Source: Holosporales bacterium (lineage in GTDB: Bacteria; Pseudomonadota; Alphaproteobacteria; UBA3830; JAIRMZ01). Taken from it: DNA of 40,310 nt. The translations under genes and the position numbers were made by a program. The stretch spans positions 1 through 40,310 of the forward strand of contig JAIRST010000059.1 in NCBI GenBank assembly GCA_031255325.1, in the 5' to 3' direction. The notes under the pieces are model-generated. The model was not told the DNA's origin and did not search any database. It saw only the letters and a list, made by a program, of their open reading frames with translations. Below are positions 34,779 to 40,310 of this stretch, one piece after another. Within the stretch, counting starts at the first letter, position 1. Each line of letters begins with the position of its first letter.

Positions 34779-35912
34779 TCAGCATTTTTCCGAGGAGGCG
34801 AATCTTATAGCTTTCGTAATAACTTCTTTCCATAACTGATGATTGAGATTTTCTGAAAAACGCTCGGGTAAATAACGTGCGTTTTGGCTAAGGCGCTGGC
34901 GTTCATCAAAATTTTCAATAAGGAACTCCATTTTTTGCGTTAAAGCCTGCACGTCTCCTATTGGAAATAAAAGACCATCCACACCATCTTGCACCACAGT
35001 TGTGTTTCCAGAACAATTGGAGGCAATAACAGGTACCCCTACGGCCATAGCCTCACACAATGCATTTGGAAATCCTTCATAACGCGAAGGGAACACAAAT
35101 AAATCTGCTTGCAAAAGGACTTCTTGAACGTTTGCCACCATTCCTGGTAGGAATACATGGTTGTGTAACCCTTTTTCGTGGATCATGTGTTCCAAATACG
35201 CTCTATAATGTCCTTCTCCATAGATGGATAATTGAAGCGTGGGATGATTTGTCTGTATTAACGAAAACGCCTGTAATAATGTTTCTTGACCTTTTTGAAA
35301 GCAGAGCCGTCCGGTGGTTACAATATGTTGTACCGTTGGGTTTATAATTACTGCACAATAGGGTTTTACTACGGAATTAGGAATGACCATAAGGCGTTTT
35401 GGAAAATGCTTCGAAAAATAATGTAGGGCATCTTGTGTTTGTACAGTAACACGGAATGCCCAACGATAGGTACATAAACGGATAAAATCCCATAATGGAT
35501 GAAAAAATCCCAATCGATGATAAGCCGGATCGATACGTTCCGACACAATAACAGGTACGCTTAGCCCACGTGTTGCAAAAAGGGTTAAAATATTTGCTTT
35601 TGTAAGATAAGAAATCACAACATCTGGGTGTAAGCATTTTAATGCAGCGCGGTATCGTAAAATACAAAAAGGACGCAACCATAATTCTTTAATACGCCGC
35701 CAAAAACCTAATGTATCTTTCAGACTACGCATTAAATCGAGTTGAACAAGATTAACCATTGGGTCTAGCGGATAAAAGGAGTTTTTCTGTTTAGGGGCGA
35801 TAAGCGTCACTAAGGTAACTTTGTAATCCTTTACCAAAAAGCTTGCGACTCGACATAAATCACGTTCTGCCCCCCCTACGCGCAAATCAAGTATTACTAA
35901 AACAATGTGCAC
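34779..35912 (-). CDS. Glycosyltransferase family 4
   Basis: The N-terminus is VLVILDLRVGGAERDL. The C-terminal motif is PSRYEGFPNALCEAMAVGVPVIASN..G.L. The start is GTG at 35912. Confidence 0.8.
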   Translation of the reverse strand: MHIVLVILDLRVGGAERDLCRVASFLVKDYKVTLVTLIAPKQKNSFYPLDPMVNLVQLDLMRSLKDTLGFWRRIKELWLRPFCILRYRAALKCLHPDVVISYLTKANILTLFATRGLSVPVIVSERIDPAYHRLGFFHPLWDFIRLCTYRWAFRVTVQTQDALHYFSKHFPKRLMVIPNSVVKPYCAVIINPTVQHIVTTGRLCFQKGQETLLQAFSLIQTNHPTLQLSIYGEGHYRAYLEHMIHEKGLHNHVFLPGMVANVQEVLLQADLFVFPSRYEGFPNALCEAMAVGVPVIASNCSGNTTVVQDGVDGLLFPIGDVQALTQKMEFLIENFDERQRLSQNARYLPERFSENLNHQLWKEVITKAIRFASSEKC

Positions 35913-35981
35913 TATTCAGCCAAACTTGACGATTCACGGAAGAGTAAGTTAACGTACCCTTATAATCAAGGAGAAGGGTAC

Positions 35982-37322
35982 GTGATATCCCAAGTACGAA
36001 CCATTGTAAATCTAGGAGCGTTACGAAGAATATTATGGCTTAGTTTTGGATCCCTGATTTTATTAGAGGGGCATATTCTTTGGAAAGCGCATTCTCCACA
36101 AGCAACGGCTACAGTTCCTTCTATTTTGTGTGACGTAACACGCGTTGTTCCTATGCCTTATCCAGATTTAGCGCCTTACAAGGTGCCTACGGATTGGATG
36201 TATTGGATAGCGAATATGGGGCACTCTCTTCTTATTCCTTGCACGATCACAAAAGAGTCCATCGTTCGCTCAAAAGAGACATTATCTGGTTTTTTATCGC
36301 GTGTAGGAATAAAAACTTCAACTGTTCATAACGTAGTAAAAGCGATCGGAAAACAGCATATCTCCTTGAAAGCAGGGCAGAAACTTTCTTATGTCTTAGA
36401 GTATGCGGGTTCTTACACCCTTAAAAGCCTCTCCATTCCTATTAATTTTGGCGAGGAAATCCATGTTAACAGAATGGGAGATGGGTCTTATCGCCTTAAA
36501 AAGGTGTCTTTGCCTGTCGTTAAGACGGTACGGTGTGTGCGCGGTATTTTACGAACACATTTTTCTGCCGATGCAGGACGTAGCGGTATCCCGAAAGAAA
36601 TTATTAAAAATGTTCTAGATGCATTTGGTACTTCAATAAACTTTAAACGAAATCTTCATCCTGGAGATCAATTCGAAGTTCTATTTAATCATTTATCGGT
36701 CAAAGGTTCAAAAGAAAGCAAATCTGGAAATCTTCTTTATGCTAGCATTGTCGTTGGCGGAACCAAAATTGCTGTGTACCGTTTTCCTAGCAAAAAGGGC
36801 GATTGTTTCTATACGGCAGATGGTGAAAATGTTCAGCATGGAATGTTCAGTCTACCAATCAAAGGAGCACGTAAAACTTCCGGATTTGGAAATCGTATCC
36901 ATCCAATTTTAGGGTACAGTCGTCGCCATAAAGGCATAGATTTTTCGGCTCCTCGGGGAACGCCTGTATCAGCTTCCGCAGACGGGATTATAGAGAAAGT
37001 TACAACAGGACGCGGATATGGACGGTGCATTGCCTTAAAACATGCGAATGGATACAGTACATTTTACGCCCATTTGAATCGTTTTAACAAAGGAATATGT
37101 CCTGGCGTTCGTGTGAAACGTGGAGAGGTTATTGGTTTTGTTGGAGCGAGTGGATTGGTAACAGGATCCCATCTACATTACGAAGTTCGATTGTTCGGAA
37201 AACCAATTAATCCAGCTTCCGTTAAATCCTTTGCTGTTCAAAAGCTTTCCGGAAAAGAATTAAAGCGCTTTAAAGAACTTAAACGGACAGTGGATGCAAC
37301 AGTTCAACGTGTTGTCCTGTAA
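35982..37322 (+). CDS. M23 family metallopeptidase with intact active-site residues (MepM-like)
   Basis: HPILGYSRRHKGIDFSAPRGTPV, ADG, YAHL and GSHLHYEVRLFGKPINP give a complete HxxxD plus HxH zinc site. An N-terminal TM anchor is present. The GTG at 35982 follows AAGGAGAAGGG; the track start at 35907 would overlap the divergent GT gene. Confidence 0.85.
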   Translation: MISQVRTIVNLGALRRILWLSFGSLILLEGHILWKAHSPQATATVPSILCDVTRVVPMPYPDLAPYKVPTDWMYWIANMGHSLLIPCTITKESIVRSKETLSGFLSRVGIKTSTVHNVVKAIGKQHISLKAGQKLSYVLEYAGSYTLKSLSIPINFGEEIHVNRMGDGSYRLKKVSLPVVKTVRCVRGILRTHFSADAGRSGIPKEIIKNVLDAFGTSINFKRNLHPGDQFEVLFNHLSVKGSKESKSGNLLYASIVVGGTKIAVYRFPSKKGDCFYTADGENVQHGMFSLPIKGARKTSGFGNRIHPILGYSRRHKGIDFSAPRGTPVSASADGIIEKVTTGRGYGRCIALKHANGYSTFYAHLNRFNKGICPGVRVKRGEVIGFVGASGLVTGSHLHYEVRLFGKPINPASVKSFAVQKLSGKELKRFKELKRTVDATVQRVVL

Positions 37323-37556
37323 AATCGCAAAAACCACGAAATTCTTGCGCATCGTGAGCGTTAATTTGATGCTAGACTTACTGTGGGAGTGAGTATTTAG
37401 AAAGAAAAAGAATGGAGGTGGGAATATTTTGCGCATGATAATGTATGTGAGAAAAGCCAAGTTATGAATTCAAGCGATGATGCTGAACTTGAGGGGTAGT
37501 TTTTTCTGAATTTTATGTTATTAAGTACTCTTAGTTGAATTTAAGGAAGAGGGATT

Positions 37557-38848
37557 ATGTCTGCCAGTTGGGAACAGATGATGGAAAATCCGGCTATTAA
37601 TGGGAGCGATTGGTGGGACTATTGTTGCTCACGCAGATAGTCTCTTGCTATGGAGTTTTGGGACAGAGAGGCTATTGGGATATCCTTTGTTAATTGCAGT
37701 TTGTAAAGTTTTGTTTGGCGCGTATTGGATATTGGGTGTTGTTACTGTGCAATTTTGTGTTCTGGGAAGCGTTGGATTATACATTTATCGCTTGATGAAG
37801 AATTTGTCTTTTTCCTCACTGATACGATGGGCTGTTTTATTCGCGTACGGAACAGGTATGTATGCATACGCGTGTAGATTTATATGGGTGGATGGAATAT
37901 ATGGTTTGCTCTGTTTGCTTTCCATTGCTGTTTTAATAAGGGCGTGTGCAAGGCTTAGCGTATCACGAACGGACTGGGCATTGTTATTTTCTTCTCGTTT
38001 ATCTTAGGATTTTGGCGTGAAACAACACTGTATTTTTCAGTAACACTTGCTCCGTTTTTATTGGTACTTTTCAAATTTAATAGAATTATATGTGCATCGT
38101 TACTGACGCTTGTTGTGGCTATTCCGCGTGGTATGTTGAGCGCTGCGAATATCTATCGTTATGGAATTTCTGAGATAACTTCTTATCAAGGATGGTCCAT
38201 GCGCAGTCCATTGAGTCGCATTCTTTCTGGAAATAACGATTTAGAAAAGGAATTAATTTCGCCGTTTAGGGAATTCAGCGTCGTGGCGGAAACTGGGGAG
38301 ACTATACTTCAGTAGCGCTCGAAAAGTTTGAATCATCTTTACAAGAGATTCGTCCTAACAGACGAGAAAAAGCAGCTATACTTCGATTGGGGAGAGAATT
38401 TACAAATGATTTTCTTCATCTGACCTTTTGGCATCCCATGGACGCTATAAAAACTATTCATATGCCTTCTGTTTGGGTGTCTCTTCTTCTGCATGGTCCT
38501 CTGTACGGGTTTCAAGATAAGGCATGGGTTCGCACTCAATTTAATCGTCCATACGATTACGTTTCTGGTGGTTATGGGATAACTCTTATTTTGTATGGAA
38601 CCTTTCTGACTTTAATCGGTGTTTTATACGCGCTAGGTGGCTTTCCTAAGTTTTTCGAAAAGGCCTCTTTTCAAAAGGATAGTAAGTCATTAACAAGGTG
38701 CGCTCTTTTGTTGCATACTTTAGGATTTATTCTTGTATATGCTCTCTTTCACCTAGAAACTCGTTACGTTATGAGTTCCACTTTCCTTTTAGGGTTCCTC
38801 GGATGGTGGGCCGTAGCAGATTTTATGAATGCCCGACGGAAAATGTAA
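37557..38848 (+). pseudogene. Polytopic membrane protein gene broken over at least three reading frames (possibly an ArnT/PMT-like or O-antigen-related membrane enzyme)
   Basis: An ATG at 37557 has a good RBS (AAGGAAGAGGG) but stops after 27 codons. Hydrophobic ORF pieces then follow head-to-tail in frames 1, 0 and 2 (37600-38007, 38004-38315, 38270-38848). Each piece is open for some codons upstream of its nominal start, where it overlaps the end of the previous piece. The family guess is weak. Confidence 0.45.
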
Positions 38849-38903
38849 GCTGGAAAGTATAAAAAAGATGGAACAAATTGAGACACAAGAGGAGGAATTT
38901 TAG

Positions 38904-39377
38904 CTATTTTTTGTAGGCTCCTGAGCATACAACGTATTTTTTATCATTTGTCAGACGACAAACACCTGTTTTATTTTCAATTTTGTTCGTTACAGGATGT
39001 GGCCATTTGAAAGGAATTTTTGAGCGGCCTGTTTCAATAGCTGTATCTAAATACTCTTTTACAAAAAATTTTCCATCCGGATCCGTTAAGTCATAAAGAT
39101 TTTTATTGACAAGTCCTTGATTTATAGCATGCGCCACCATATAACCACGCGGTTCCACTTGGTATACAAATACATAAATATCTCCCCGATGCCAACGATC
39201 CGATTTACCAGCGTTGATTTCCTTGATGGCTTGCTCTGGCCCAGCTTTACTGATGTAGTCAATGGTATCTTCTACCATAGATTCTGCCATTTTTACAGAA
39301 GGCTCATCATCAAGCAGATAAAAATATATACCAATTCCCAGTGCCAGTGCGATGCATGCAGTCATTCCTTTTATCAT
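38904..39377 (-). CDS. Membrane-anchored single Cache (sCache_2-like) domain protein with no output domain
   Basis: The ATG at 39377 follows GAGAGGAA. A TM (MTACIALALGIGIYFYLL) is followed by GDIYVFVYQ..GYMVAHAINQGLVNKNLYDLTDPDGKFFVKEY..KIPFKWPHPVTNKIENKTGVCR..KYVVCSGAYK, the Cache_2 pattern. The track extension to 39587 overlaps prmC. Confidence 0.7.
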   Translation of the reverse strand: MIKGMTACIALALGIGIYFYLLDDEPSVKMAESMVEDTIDYISKAGPEQAIKEINAGKSDRWHRGDIYVFVYQVEPRGYMVAHAINQGLVNKNLYDLTDPDGKFFVKEYLDTAIETGRSKIPFKWPHPVTNKIENKTGVCRLTNDKKYVVCSGAYKK

Positions 39378-39399
39378 CGTTATTCCTCTCAACGGTCTG

Positions 39400-40224
39400 T
39401 TATGAAGAAAAATGCAATACACGCACTTTTCCAGATAAATCTCGGTACCCCTCAAGGTAAAAGAGAAAATTAAAGATTTCCTTAACCGCTTCTTGCTGTC
39501 CTTTATCAATTTCCAGAAACACATGCCCATGTAGACGCAAGAAATGGCGAATGGAAGGAACAAGATCTCTGTAACACGCCAGACCATCCTCTCCGCCGTC
39601 TAGAGCAATGAATGGGTCATAAAGGGCAACAGATCTCGGAAGTGTTGGAATTTCTTTTCGCGCAATATACGGAGGATTTGAAAGGATAACATCAAATTTC
39701 CGTCGCTGATTCAGTGCCTTCCCCCAGTTGCTGCATACAAAATGTGCACGGTCAATAACCCCTAAATGCACTGCATTTTTTTGCGCTATCTGTAGAGCTT
39801 GCTGACTGCAGTCCACTCCAATTCCTTGCATATGCGGACAATGAATAAGAAGTGTTTCCAGTAAGCATCCACTTCCTGTTCCGAAATCTAGCACTTTTCC
39901 AGAGAAATCAGCAGGAACCGTTTGAAGTATGGCTTCAATAAGCGTTTCTGAATCCGGCCGCGGATCAAGAACATTGATATCAACAAAAAACGGTTTATCC
40001 CAGAAATATCGACAACCGATAAGCTTTGAAACAGGATACCCAATTTTATGATGCGCAATAAGTGCTCTAAACTGTTCTATATTCGCGGAAGAAACCTCTT
40101 TTTCTTGAAATTCTTCCTTCCCTAAAACAAATGCCAGGAATAGCCGCACTGCCGTTGAGGCTGACTCTATTCGCGCCTCCCGTAATGTTGCCACACCTTC
40201 TGAGAAAAGTTCCCGCCTACGCAT
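39400..40224 (-). CDS. prmC: Peptide chain release factor N5-glutamine methyltransferase
   Basis: The SAM motif is VLDFGTGSGC and the catalytic tetrad is NPPY (ILSNPPYI). The ATG at 40224 (MRRRELF...) is preferred over the TTG at 40248. Confidence 0.88.
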   Translation of the reverse strand: MRRRELFSEGVATLREARIESASTAVRLFLAFVLGKEEFQEKEVSSANIEQFRALIAHHKIGYPVSKLIGCRYFWDKPFFVDINVLDPRPDSETLIEAILQTVPADFSGKVLDFGTGSGCLLETLLIHCPHMQGIGVDCSQQALQIAQKNAVHLGVIDRAHFVCSNWGKALNQRRKFDVILSNPPYIARKEIPTLPRSVALYDPFIALDGGEDGLACYRDLVPSIRHFLRLHGHVFLEIDKGQQEAVKEIFNFLFYLEGYRDLSGKVRVLHFSS

Positions 40225-40310
40225 CGTATCTCTCTTTATAAAGGTCAAGGAAGTATAGTCAAAATATTAAATGAGGCGACACAAGTTATAATAAAGCGTT
40301 CTTATGAAAA

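Noticed and set aside
35907-35912. The palindrome GTGCAC supplies the GTG starts of both divergent track ORFs (35907 + and 35912 -).
   Set aside because: This is probably a coincidence of longest-ORF calling. The + gene has a much better RBS and GTG at 35982, which removes the overlap.
1-40310. I scanned for CRISPR arrays, IS elements or transposases, integrases, rRNA, prophage genes, toxin-antitoxin pairs and known defence-system signatures.
   Set aside because: I saw no regularly spaced direct repeats, no DDE or tyrosine-recombinase-like ORFs, no terminal inverted repeats and no nuclease, ATPase or Sir2/TIR-like motifs outside the housekeeping genes listed. By-eye scanning cannot exclude short or degenerate elements.

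Overview
This 40.3-kb window is A/T-rich bacterial chromosome, mostly single-copy housekeeping genes. The gene order suggests an alphaproteobacterium (inference). The supporting blocks are yajC-secD-secF, serS-surE-nlpD, rph divergent from hrcA-grpE, and argS followed by a SPOR protein. Recognisable genes are fabK (partial), lysC, rpmB, cmk, secF, secD, yajC, an nlpD-like degenerate LytM lipoprotein, surE, serS, tRNA-Asn, rarA, tRNA-Gly, xthA, argS, rph, hrcA, grpE, rlmN, htrA/degP and prmC. There is also a small surface-polysaccharide cluster at 30.0-35.9 kb (two GT4 glycosyltransferases, an AsnB-type amidotransferase, a UDP-HexNAc dehydrogenase) and an active M23 peptidase. Two kinds of accessory content sit between these genes. 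(1) Lineage-specific, visibly more A/T-rich ORFs with N-terminal signal-like segments and no motif I recognise (9984-11399, 23144-24273, 25982-28207). With them are an unusual HExxH-plus-beta-barrel-like protein (17345-18727) and a coiled-coil porin (18906-20381). (2) Several gene relics that the ORF track does not show as such: a PilB/GspE-type secretion-ATPase fragment (about 28266-28520), a glycosyltransferase C-terminal stub (34458-34646), a polytopic membrane protein broken over at least three frames (37557-38848), and an orphan gene split at an A7 tract (23792-23798). A 67-nt near-identical inverted segment links the nlpD-like gene to that orphan gene 16 kb away. I found no CRISPR array, IS element, integrase, rRNA or recognisable defence or toxin system, and I cannot name a defined novel system. 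The most unexplained loci are flagged in the findings. All family assignments rest on motifs read by eye and need database confirmation.
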